Shown here one piece after another: positions 1-12,000 of a stretch of 64,000 bases of DNA; position 1 is the stretch's first letter; every line of letters starts with the position of its first letter. The notes under the pieces were generated by a model. It had not been told where the DNA came from. It saw nothing but the letters and a program-made list of their open reading frames with translations, and did no database searches. The position numbers and the translations under genes are program-made. The DNA lies in contig JAQGDQ010000078.1 of the NCBI GenBank assembly GCA_030141605.1, positions 496,001 through 560,000 on the forward strand, in the 5' to 3' direction. The DNA comes from Tubiluchus corallicola. Taxonomy: Eukaryota > Animalia > Priapulida.

Positions 1-1229
1 TTTTTGTGTTACAACTCGTGTATTACCTGTAATATAGAAAGCACAAATATTAGTTACATCAGCTTCAACTGGTTCAAGGTATTTATATAAAACATATAGT
101 ACTGTCTATTGACAACAGTGCGATGCATATATATATAATATCCTGAAGTAATATATACAACATATAATACATACCAAACCAACGCCTGTTCGGTTCTACT
201 CTTGCCACTGTTCCTTGTTTCAGCCAAGATTGATATGGTGCTGCTTTCACAATCTTGCCTTTTCGATTTCTAATGGAATGATAAACTGAGCATGAGATTA
301 CAGGCTTCAGACGCAGTAGTAAAATAAATGCTTTTCATTATAATTAAAAAAAGTTACTTAACTTATGTACTGCATTCCAAAGAAGAGTGAACATTAAACA
401 GTTCAAATAAAATTATCATAAAATGATGGAAAAGTATGATTTAAAAACTATTTCGTAGTAATTAATAAAATTAATACTTGAAATTAAATTGAATTCTCCA
501 ATTGATAGACTCTCAATGAAAGGACATAAAGCAAAAACTAAAATTGATTGATACTTTTCTGCAAAATACTGAAAAAATTAATTTAATAATTCATTAGGCT
601 GCATTATTAGGTATATAATAATAAAATAAAAGTACCTAATAGGTTTAAAATTTTTGTACATGTTAAGGCGTTTAATGGTAGCCTTATCACGTTGACCGCC
701 ATGTTCTTTTACACGATCTGAAAAAAACAAAATAAAAATATAGCACTTTTCAAAAAACAAGGAAGCATGCTTGCCTGAAAACTGATGTTATGACATAAAG
801 GAACCAATATTGTTTACTTATATTTGCCAAATAAAGTTGTAATTATATTTGCCAAACAAAGTCTATTAAAACTTGTATTTAGCTTGTGGACGGAACTGCA
901 ACGGAGATGTTAATATGCAAAATTAAGAAAATGATTGATAACTATATACCTATAAACGATGGAGTAAAATGGCCATGCTAGTGATGTGGGTGATCTTTAC
1001 ATTTGTGGGAGAAAATCACCAGCAGTTTGGCATGACAAATGTTTTATAGCTGCAAACCGGCCCGTCAATTTACCAGCCAAATGGGTTGCACCGTAACAGT
1101 GGAAGATTCCTTGGTGGAGCAGCAGTTAAATAACTACTAAACGTGTTTCACAGGGACATAACAATCAACAGAGATGCAAGTGGACAGACAGTGATATGTG
1201 GCACTTTTTCATGATGGTTGTGGAGGCTA

Positions 1230-3045
1230 CAATAATTGTTGAAGGAATAAAGAATGTTCAATATTGTCAGTGCCTTAAGCATCTAGGTCAGCATACATTA
1301 CTAACTAGAAGGACGCATGCTCATTTAATACAAGCTTTCAAAAGTCATTAAAGGAATCAACGATGTGGATGTTGGAAGCTTCTTCACATTTAAGACCTCT
1401 GGGAGGATGATGGGAGGACATCAATTACAATTACAACTGTACAAGGAAAAAACAAAGCTGAATTTAAGAAAACATTTTTTCAGCCATAGGATAATTATGA
1501 CCAATCAAATAATCAAGCAAAATGTTAATCATTCTCAGTCAAGCTCTGCTGACTGCCCAATCAGCATACATAATTTTTACATGCCAACGGAACAAGTTCG
1601 TTGCCTCGTCTTTCGGGACAGTCGGGGACATGGGTATGGCCGGTATATGTTATACTGTTATGCAAAATGCTTAACTTTTCATTAGTTTGAGGGAGGGAAA
1701 CCAGCCTGGTTTTAGATTTTATTACAGATTGTTGATTGTCTGTATTGTTGAATGAAATTGCAGGTGAATTAGTGGAAATATATAGTATAATTTCGTTTTT
1801 GTAGGAAGAAATGCGCTTACACCAATGAGTTACTAATGTTATTAATAAAATACACAGTTTAGTTTTTGTATAACCTTGCAAGCTAGGTAAAGACAACTAT
1901 TTGATTAACTTTAAAAAAGGACAAAAAATTAACTTAACGAGGTTAGGCCGATAATGTGACACTGCTTTAATGATTGCAAATGATTGCAAACTGGCCTACT
2001 CGAACAGAGGCGACAATAAAATTTATAACTTTACAGTGAAGTCCGAGTTAGCAGATATATATGATTCACGATTAACATGCATGTAAAAATTACAGCCTGA
2101 GCACTTCTAAGTAGGTTTGCGTAGGCTATAGGAACGGCTAGCTAGCAATAGATGAGGCCTAGCGGCATAGTTGAACTCATCCACGGGCATCCGTGACTCA
2201 GGATTATGTGGTAAGCGAGCACACTCATAGAAATCCACATTCAGGCAAAATGTTTACAGAAAGTTTCAGGCAAAATGTTTTCTTTCCTAATCAGTTTTTA
2301 TAAACCTCAATAAGATCTGTATAGTCCAAGTTAATTCAAATATGGTCAAAATTCATGTTATATATCAATATCCGTATCCGGAAATAGTCAATTTTATGCT
2401 ATTTTTCTGGTTATAATCATGGTTAAAAGATGCCGTTGGGACTAACGAGTTATGTAACTCAGGCAAGACAATCTAGGGAACAGAACAATCAAATTTATTC
2501 CATTTCCGTAGCCTAACAAAGAGTTGGAAAAATGCAAAAAGTTGATAAAAGTGGAACAACCACATGATCAGTTAAATTAGAAAAAATAAGTCGCAGGTAT
2601 GATGTGTAGACAAAAGGGACTTTCGTAAATGTATTTTGTTACCCATTTGTCTTAAAGCCAGGCTTAACTGGCTTAGTTCCTTTATAATAATCACCTAACT
2701 ACGCACTTTGTAATTCTTTATTGCTACATTCTGCCTAAACTGTGATGACATTTTTTGAATATTTAAAATTTTAAGTTTTTGTTAAAATAACTGCTGTCTT
2801 GCAAATTCTGAGAAAGAAAAAGTACAATAAATATATCTGCTGATTAGACATTAGTTGTCCTAAATCCTAAAGGGAGTTGTTATTCAGTGGGAGCGACGGC
2901 AGCTGATGTCCTGAATGCCGCTCGTGCTTACATCACAACGGAGGTGAGGCGATGGACCAATTTGCTTGACGTTAATTGATTTGTGGAATGGTTTACCTAA
3001 AAAGGCCATGGAAGCAGTTATAGTTAATCAGTTTAAAGGGGTGCC
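1230..3045 (+). mobile_element. CR1-type LINE 3' remnant interrupted by a 1.48-kb insertion
   Basis: 1230-1496 encodes a degenerate CR1 ORF2 C-terminus (..VGSFFTF..GGHQL..LNLRKHFFSHRII). It resumes at 2978 as DLWNGLPKKAMEAVIVNQFK. TAATT is present at both junctions (1492-1496 and 2973-2977). Confidence 0.75.
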
Positions 3046-3651
3046 ATCCACACGTATGTTAATTGTATTGAAGAACGAAATACACAACGGCTACCAAAAT
3101 TAAAGCCATAACAAGAGTCAAAGTGATGGGGCAGCTACAAAAGTGAGTTATAATGGAAATAAACCATGATCATCTTATTCATTACCATTTTAATGAATGA
3201 CATTTTATGAAAATATTCACCTGGGTTAAGGCTGTGACTACCAGATGTTGTTGATTTACTTTTAGAAGTTTTCTTCTCCTTTCTTTTACCCATATTTCGG
3301 CAAACAATAATGTAGTTAAATCTCGATAAATTAAGTTGAATTAATAAGTATTATATTTTTTACTAACACTAACAGTAATCAAACTCAATCCGGATAATTC
3401 ACGAAACACAAGACATGTGGCCGCCGTGGCTCGCGTAGCGCCATCTAGTATGGGAAAATTTAGTTCTCAAATTAATCACAAAATATCAAGCATTTTTATT
3501 TAAGGGTGTTAGAATAACCACTGGCACTATTTGATATCTACAAAATTCCAGTTAGGCAGGATTTAGAAAAATCAAAAAATTTTAAGACGACAGCGATTCG
3601 ATAGTTCTTTCACAACCTAAATAAATAATTATGACTTCACAAAACATGAAA

Positions 3652-3722
3652 GCATCGGTGGTTCAGTGGTAGAATGCTCGCCTGCCACGCGGGCGGCCCG
3701 GGTTCGATTCCCGGCCGATGCA
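3652..3722 (+). tRNA. tRNA-Gly (anticodon GCC)
   Basis: GCATCGG...CCGATGC-A acceptor stem, D arm TGGTTCAGTGGTAGAA, anticodon arm CTCGC-CTGCCAC-GCGGG, T arm GGTTCGATTCC, followed by a TTTT Pol III terminator. Confidence 0.97.
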
Positions 3723-4364
3723 TTTTGCCAAAGCCACAGAATTTATGCCCATTTGATAATTATTCTGCAATGTAAATAGACTTCCTGGAGCATATTATTC
3801 GAGGATCAAAGAATTTTTTTTAGTGCCAGCACTGGAAAACCTAAAGCTGAACAATCTCTCATTCTTGCCCCTCAACCCCCAAAAAAAGCTAAAAATGGCA
3901 AACTTCAGGCTTGGTCTCTGCACAGACAATTTATTGGGCTCTGTCATGAAACTACAGCATTTAGAAATAATTATAAATAAATAAATCGCAACAATGCGAA
4001 ACTGATGTAATTAAAGCATGTATGAAAAAATAGGACACGTAAACAGAATTCTGATATCAATACCACAAAAAATTATGTAGACCATTCTCCGAAGACAGTG
4101 ATCATCAAGAATGTCTAACTGGAAATGCTATACCCAAATGATGGGCATCAGTACAGATTAACTGTGCCGGTAAGTGAAAGCTATTTGTACGCTCTCAAAA
4201 CGCTGATAGGCATTGCTTCTTTAATCTCAGAACTGGTAGGCTAGATTACATATTTCTTTTATAGCTACGGCATAATAAGTTAGAAATGTTTGCAGTTACA
4301 AGTAAACTTGCTGGACAATTGGGCTTTCTTATAAAAAATAATATAATAACAAAACAATGTCCAG

Positions 4365-6062
4365 TTAAGGAGTCGACTCCTCTTCACTTGCATCTAAACA
4401 GATAACTTCTGGACTTGAAGTCTTAGGTTTCGGTGGTTTGAATACATTAACAGGTGTTCCTTGAGCACGTTTAACGGGTTGAACAAAGGTCACCTTGCTT
4501 GCTTCCCACAATGACTGAGGCCTAATCAGCTGATCTTGAGGTACTATCACTTTGCCACTGTTCTGCCAGCGAGACCGATCTGATACTAAACAAGATTTAC
4601 CATGTTTAAACAGTGCTTTTGCTGATGCACCGAAAGAAGTTGAACTTTGAGCATCTGGAATCTCAAGCACTCTTGTCTTTTGAAGTGGAACAGTGGTAAT
4701 CACTTTGTCACCTTCATAAAGTTTAATTTGCTCGGTTGGACTATTACTCAATCTGCCTGGAATTGTCGAAACAATTTTTTGAACTTTATGAGGCTTGATT
4801 TTGTCTGTTGGATTACTGTTGACTCTGCCCGGAATTGTGGAAATGACTTTGTTACCTTTATAAAGTTTAATTCTTTCATACTGATTGCCAGCTAAATACG
4901 TGCGCTCTTTTGCTGAATGTAATTGAGAGACTTCCTCATGTGAACTCGATGCAGTAGCTGGCTTACTTTGTGATTGAACATTTTCGCTGGGTGGCAAAAA
5001 GGGTTTGAATCTACGAAGTTCTGTCGATATTTTTGCTGTTTTTTTACTAATCTGTTCTGCCCCGCTATTGGGGTCAAGTGGTCTTTTCATTCCCTGGCTT
5101 ATGGGAGGAAATGCACTGCCACCTTGTTTTGGTGCTGCATTTTGCTGTACATTACTGGATGTCCTAGAACTCTTTCCTTTACAGGCTGTTGCCAAGCGCA
5201 TTGCAGCGGCTACACACATCTCGCGGTGTTTTGCATCAATATGGTGTTGCAGCTGAAGTAATTCTTCCTTGCTCAAACCTTCCTGCGACATCATACTAGT
5301 TAGTGCTGACACTTCATCTAACGAAACACCGAGGGACGGCTTGTTCTTTTCAGATAACATATCTCCGGAACGACCAATATTCGACTGTGAATAGCTGTGG
5401 TGTATCGATTGAGCTAATGACGAGGCTTTTCTCAGATTTTTGACTTTAGTACTTGTGTTAAAAGCGTGTTCGATGACATCAGGCTTTTTCTTTTCCTGTG
5501 AAGGTTTTGTAGAATTATCACTATCAGCAAGAAGCACTTTCTTAATACTTTCTGCCACAACCTCAGGACTGCCTAATATATTGTAAGTGTGTGAAGAATC
5601 AACATTAGACCTAGATGACTCATTTAGCTTTTCATTAACATTAACCGACTTCTCAGCATTCTCAGCAGTTTTTTCAGCTGCCTGTTGTGCTATGGCCGTC
5701 TTCAAATTTCCAAAAGGGTCTTTATTGAGTGTTTGTTCTGATAAGCATTTGTCTACAGATTTACTTTCATTTGTCTCAGTGTTCTCTACTCTTCTCTTCT
5801 TTAACGGGAGGCAATCTTTTACAGCTTGTTGGGCTTCCTCCTTCTCTTCGTCTGCTCTTTTATTTTTGCTTGTTTCTGCATTTACTTTTCCATTCGCTGA
5901 GGTCTCCCATGACTTTTGCAAGAGCCGGCCTTTGCCGAGGGAACCACTTGGACTTATAATTGGTGTGGCAGTACTGGTGGTGTAATGAAGTCTGGTTGGA
6001 GATGACTCGGACTGAGAAGAAGCAGCATCAGAGGATTTAGATTCGCCCATCTCAAAATTCTC
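4365..6062 (-). CDS. CABIN1: Large terminal coding exon of CABIN1 (low-complexity Ser/Lys-rich tail); this is the 561-aa ORF 4365..6050
   Basis: Acceptor ttgtag|GAG at 6062 is in frame with the ORF and phase 0 with the upstream exon ending ISRPAQ|gtatta (6353). Stop TAA at 4365-4367. Minus-strand AATAAA near 3930 could be the polyA signal. Confidence 0.85.
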   Translation of the reverse strand, partial: ENFEMGESKSSDAASSQSESSPTRLHYTTSTATPIISPSGSLGKGRLLQKSWETSANGKVNAETSKNKRADEEKEEAQQAVKDCLPLKKRRVENTETNESKSVDKCLSEQTLNKDPFGNLKTAIAQQAAEKTAENAEKSVNVNEKLNESSRSNVDSSHTYNILGSPEVVAESIKKVLLADSDNSTKPSQEKKKPDVIEHAFNTSTKVKNLRKASSLAQSIHHSYSQSNIGRSGDMLSEKNKPSLGVSLDEVSALTSMMSQEGLSKEELLQLQHHIDAKHREMCVAAAMRLATACKGKSSRTSSNVQQNAAPKQGGSAFPPISQGMKRPLDPNSGAEQISKKTAKISTELRRFKPFLPPSENVQSQSKPATASSSHEEVSQLHSAKERTYLAGNQYERIKLYKGNKVISTIPGRVNSNPTDKIKPHKVQKIVSTIPGRLSNSPTEQIKLYEGDKVITTVPLQKTRVLEIPDAQSSTSFGASAKALFKHGKSCLVSDRSRWQNSGKVIVPQDQLIRPQSLWEASKVTFVQPVKRAQGTPVNVFKPPKPKTSSPEVICLDASEEESTP

Positions 6063-9000
6063 CTACAAATTTATAGAAGTTTTTTATCGTAAGTTTTATA
6101 AGTACTTTCGTCATTTAACCTGAACTTTATATTTTTCATAGCCAACACAATGGCGTGATAATTTATTACTATCAAGTTATTAAGAGATCATGATAAGGTT
6201 GTAGTTTCCTTAGCACCACTACAATTAAATGTGCATGTCTGTTAGTTAACATTAATGCCCTTTTATTGAATCTTGCTCTAGCGAGCCAAGACTAATAAAT
6301 CCATTACTAATTACAGTAAATTTATGATCGTAACTATGAACGCTTGTAATACCTGAGCAGGCCTGGAGATGGCGTAAATGCAAAACCGGACAGCTTTATC
6401 CAAAATTTTTTTCTCGTCTTTTTCATCTCCACCCTGTCGAAATAGCAACATCAGCAACATTGATGCAGTTGAATTTACAAAGAAATAAAAAACACAATGT
6501 AGCAGTAATCAACTATTTCATTCTTGTGGAGCCAGTTTACTCTATACATAAAAAGATTGGTTCCGCAAATGTTGCACAAATATAGAACTCTTTTGACACT
6601 CATTTATAATATTTATAATATGTAATGCTTGCTTCCAAAAGCTTACACTGATGATGCATCCGCTTACCCAGAATCAGATTTATCAATAGTTATAGTAGGC
6701 CATTGGCATAGGGCCCATGTGTGTCTGGGGGCCCACTAAAATTAATATGTCGCACAGCATGTCAGCGTACAAACTTGTTTCAAGCGTACACTGGGTATTT
6801 TATTATATAACATAATCAAAACCATAAGGGCCCGTGTAGAATAAGTATAGGCCCAAATTTGGGAACCCATTGATGAGTTTGGCCTAGGGCCCAGGAGGTA
6901 AATACGGCCCTGCTCTTACCTTTATTTTCTTGTATGCATTAACTAAAATTTTGCTTGATGCTGAGATATAAGCCCCAGAAAGCTTCTGACCATGCACCCA
7001 AATTCTGTATAGTGCTGTGAGTAGTGCTGTTCCAGACTCTGCAGTAATCATCCGCATATTTTTCACTCGTTCCCTAGCAACCTGAATACGAATACAATTA
7101 TGATATTGCTATTCATAATTATTACATCATAAACTGTGTTTATTTTTGTTGATTGTAAAGACTCCAAACTGACAAAATATTCATGTACAGCGAATTAGAG
7201 AATAAGGTAAACAAACCTGCAAACAAATATTGTAGCTCCGCTTTGCAAGGTGAACGCGGTCAACATCCCTCAAGTATTTCCTGTCAACAATTAAATCATG
7301 ATAATTAACACAAGAAGCAGACAACTAAATTTAAAAACAATCAAGAACTAAGATACAAAAAATACATATTTCAATTGATAGAAAAAAGGTCAATTAGGGA
7401 AATACAGAAAAGAACTGATTTGTCTTTAGGTGGTAGACTGGTAGTACTTCATTTGGCAGAGTGGTAGTACGTGCTGTTTCTACAAGTGCAATCCCACTAA
7501 TGCTTAACTGAGAGAAAAAAGTCTTTGACACAAAGGCCTAGTGCAACAAAAAATGTAAAAGATCCCAAGCTCATTTCTAATTAAGACATAAGCAATGTTA
7601 TTTATTTTACCTTACGTAGAATAAATTCGATGCTGGAAAGGAACATAGAATTACCATAAAAAAGTGCTTCTCTTCTATTGATTGACCTTTACCAATTTAC
7701 CAATAAGAACACCCCTGATGATTTACCTGTTTTACCTCTTAAAGTTTAATTTGATAGTTACCAGTCGTTAAGGTTTTGACAATTGTGTCGATTTCTGGAG
7801 TAAGAAAGCACAGTGTATTTAAGTAAAATTGAAATAAATATAGAGACCCTTTGACTGTAGCAATCATGTGACGATTGATTTTACACCTAACGTTGAAAAC
7901 GAACTTGAACCACCAAAAATTTCGTTTTCTTGTGTATTAGATTACTGTTTGGTATAGTCACAACACCTCCATATTCTTTTGCTTTTTAGTTACTCTATAT
8001 TTTTTGTTCAAACATATCAAGAAATGAGTTTGTGACGTTTTACAAAGACAACATAAAAACAAACCTGCCAAAGTCGGGAACACGATTAAGCTGTGTTGAA
8101 ATGGTATACAACATAGTATAATCCTTCTGTTCTTTAAGCAAAGCCAGAAGTAAGACGACAGATCTGTACATGTGAGAGGCAAAACAGCCACCCCGATTAA
8201 TCTCATTCACCGGTATCCTCCAAATTCCCTAGAATAAACAAACAAACATTACCTTGGCATCCATTCCTACAATCAAAGATATTCTAAAATGCCATCTTTA
8301 CAGCATATATGTTGGGCAGAATGATATAAAAAAAGCTTTGTTGTTTAATAGGTTTGGCATCCATTATCACCAACACAAACAAAACAAATATTATAGATTG
8401 ATTTCTAATCAAAACGCTAAGAAAACAAATAGTTTTGGGCAAACTGTCTGTAACAAAAATAATATCTGTGTTTTTTAGTACTTTTGCAAAGTAAGCACAT
8501 CCATGTATCTGTGAATAATATTTGCTTTATTAGAGTTTCGTTCTTCATACTATCGTGTATTTAATTTCTATCAGGAATAGGAAACTTATTACGTTTCTCA
8601 ATTTTTACTGGTATTTACTGAGTATCCTGAAATAGAATGAGACTGCTGAGGTGTCATAGCCTATGCCTAACTGTACATGTGAAGTTAAGCAATGTAGGTC
8701 TGGTTAATTGGGTGACTAATGGGGGCAGTTTTGCCTGCATTACTGCTTTAACCAGTTATCTAGTTGAGGGAGGCTATGTATGCAAACGGAATACATAAAC
8801 GCATGCTAGTTCAGTGTAGACTTAGAAGTGCACACTTGCCAGTGCAGTTTGTTTGTGTGTGTTTTTTAAGAATAGCAAATTAATTTTAACTAAGACAACA
8901 AAAACAATGGGCATTTAATATATTTTTTCATAATTGTATACTCTTACTGCTCTTACTGCAATAAATTTAATAAAAGTTTTAAACTACAAGTAAACAACGA

Positions 9001-12000
9001 TTACTAACAGCAGACATTTAAATTTTAGCAATAAGTACAGGAAGTACAGCAAATAAGAAACTGTGACTTACATTAAAAAAATTACTATGCTTGCGATCCT
9101 GAAATAATCCCGGTGAAGACATGTGATCTAGCTGAGACCAAGATAAAGAGGGTTCAGGACCCAGCAAAATATCACGACTATACTGCAAATTCTAAGCAAA
9201 AAAAAATTTCACTTACAATAATTACAATAAAAAGTGTCATAATAATATTACTAATGACATTATCGCTGTACAGACAAGACATTTTTGCTGAATAACAATT
9301 ATAGAATTAGCTGTATCCATGAATTAACACTAGGTTAACTCATCATAAGTGAGGATGCATAGCTTTTCCCCACAATTTACCTAATTATGCAATAGTTTTT
9401 CTTGAGCAACCTTTTTGTCAGAAAATTAAACAAAACCAACTACATCTCCACTTTAGAATTCTGTAATGATAAAAACTAAAAAAAAAAACAGGTTTCACAA
9501 ATAAAAGCTAATTTCACGATCTTAACAGAACATTAATTCAACTTTATTATAATACATAGAACATTTATTCTTTTTGATGTGTAAGTGCAACTTGTAAGTC
9601 CAAGTAAGAAAGAATATTGGTTTCATAATTCTTGATTAATTTATTTGACAGAAAAAAGTCAATGCTGTTATTAACCAATGTGCCAGGAAGTTGATTTACA
9701 CACAAAAGTAACTACAATTCCACGAACCTTAACATAAGGTGAATGTAAGTACGTATGCGACAACCAATACAATGATTTATAATGATGTGGAAAACGGCTT
9801 AAACAAGTCTGTAGTGCAGAAATACATTGTTTGATGAGATGAATACAACGGTTGATGTCTGCCTTCTGCGATTTATCAGTTGTGCATTCAATCACATCTA
9901 AAAATAATTAAAATTGGATGATTTTTTACCCTCGAAATTATAAGATGGAAGTTTCAGAAAACAATTAACTTTTTTGGTAGCAAGATGACTTCCGTGATAA
10001 AATAGTATTAGCAAATTCACTTTATACGAAGAATTTTGCTTTCTAAGGTTTTATCAGCACATATATATTGAAATGAAGAACAATAGTGAGATGTTTCATC
10101 GGTGTTTGATCGCCTTCTCTTTCTTAGTTAGACTCAGATTTTCATAGAATATATCTAAGTATATTTTACTGAAAATGCAAGTTTGTATTTTGTTTTCTAA
10201 ACTTTTATGTTGTTACTATACTGCTTGTATTAACATAAACATCGAAATCAAGTGCCAATAGTAAGATAATTGCGGCTGTATTTGACGGCTTATTCATTTT
10301 TATATTAGACCAAGATTTTCACAGAATATGTCCAAAGATAATCTAGATAAAATGCAAGTTACAAGCATTTTCCAACAGGGATTACATCTATCATTGTGGC
10401 TAAAATCAATCTGTTGGGCATACTAACAGTAATTCGACAAATACCACAAGGCCACAAACAAACAAAAATTTACAAATGTCTGATGTGTCCGCAAACATGA
10501 ATACAAAGACAAAGCCTACCTGCCGATACTTTAACAATCATTTCTTCTACCAGACTGACTATACAATCAGGAACAGGAGAATTCTCATCTGACATGTTAA
10601 TATTAGCTGCTGTATCAGTCGATGACTGCTTAACCAGTGCTGAATTTTCAAAATCTTTCACCTGGTCTTCTTTCAATACAGCAGGGCACGAATTAACATG
10701 CGTGCTTTTTACGAAATTTCGTTCCTGGCACGGAAAAGACGTTTCACAAATATCGCGCATTGAATGACTGTCACTCTGCTTTGTTAATTGTTTGCCACAG
10801 CAAACACGTTCTAGCAAATCTTCGGTGATGACAACAATATCGGTAACATGGTCAACAGCATCAACAATTAGACTGGTACAATCATCTTCATTTACTGTTT
10901 CTTTTTCTGACTCCACTGAGGATGACGTTCTGAAAAAAATGCTCATCATCACAACTTATAAAGAACAAAATCGGAATACGAATTTGCTATCTTTTTGTAA
11001 TCATCATGTTATTTATTTGATGTGAAAACACATTTCATATTATTATTAGGTAATATTCTTATGCAGTATCTGCTTAATATTTGCCCATAGTGGTATTTCA
11101 TCCAAAGAACTTAATACTTAGTGAAACAACTACAGTTCTCAATTAATTTAGTTTGTTTACATTAAATTAGATTAGTTTGTTTTAGATGGTAAATGGAAAT
11201 AAAACAAATACTAAATAAATAAGATTTTGAAAAATGAGCACATTAGTAAAAAGGATTTGAAAAAAACGTCTGAAACTTCTACCTTTCCTTATTTAGTTTG
11301 ATAACATGTCAGAATTCAATATTCATTAACCCAGCATAATTCAATTTGGATGTTGTGTGAGGACTGGAACCTAACTCAATATCAAAGTTTCGCCTCTAAG
11401 GGGAGATGATGAACATAAGAAGTGTCTTATGTTTCGGATGTAAATACAACCTCCTACTCTGAGGCAAACTGTCAGAATCTGTATAGGAAGTAAATATGAC
11501 GAGCGACTATGGAACCCAGTTATCACTGCCTAGCCTTGAGGCTGACTTTAACTAATGCTACCAAGCACAATGCAATAACTCTCAACCATCTGAATTGAAC
11601 AGCAACCTATGGCACATTTGTATGAAATGAGGATCGCAAAGATAGTGCAAGTTATTATTAATGACAAATGTCATCCTGGTAATAAATTTTTTGAAATGCT
11701 CCTCTCTGGTCATAGATACAGTTCACATAATTCTAAAACCACAAAAACATTTAATTCTTTCAATGCTGTTGCAGTTCACACTATCAGCAGTAAATTTCAG
11801 TAAATTTACATTATTATCTATATCAAAGTACATACTTTATTAGCACTTATGCAACGACTGATTGAATTTATTTGTGTTAATTCTCTTTTGTTGTAAACCC
11901 ATATAAATCTTATTGTATTATAATATAACAACAACAAATTGCCTACTTACTATATACCTCAAAATAAACCCCATAAAAAATTATAGTTCTATGACAAGTT

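Noticed and set aside
4647-5985. Several plus-strand ORFs (82-132 aa) overlapping the big CABIN1 exon
   Set aside because: Antisense shadows of a long coding exon, with no domain signal or independent splice structure.
4365-6050. The 561-aa ORF as a stand-alone gene
   Set aside because: An in-frame acceptor at 6062 joins it to upstream CABIN1 exons, and the total length then matches a typical CABIN1.
9382-9460. Possible extra or poison CABIN1 exon with AG/GT ends
   Set aside because: Contains an early stop, and the conserved peptide is supplied by exon 9072-9191. Such splice-like pairs are common in AT-rich introns and nothing else supports it.
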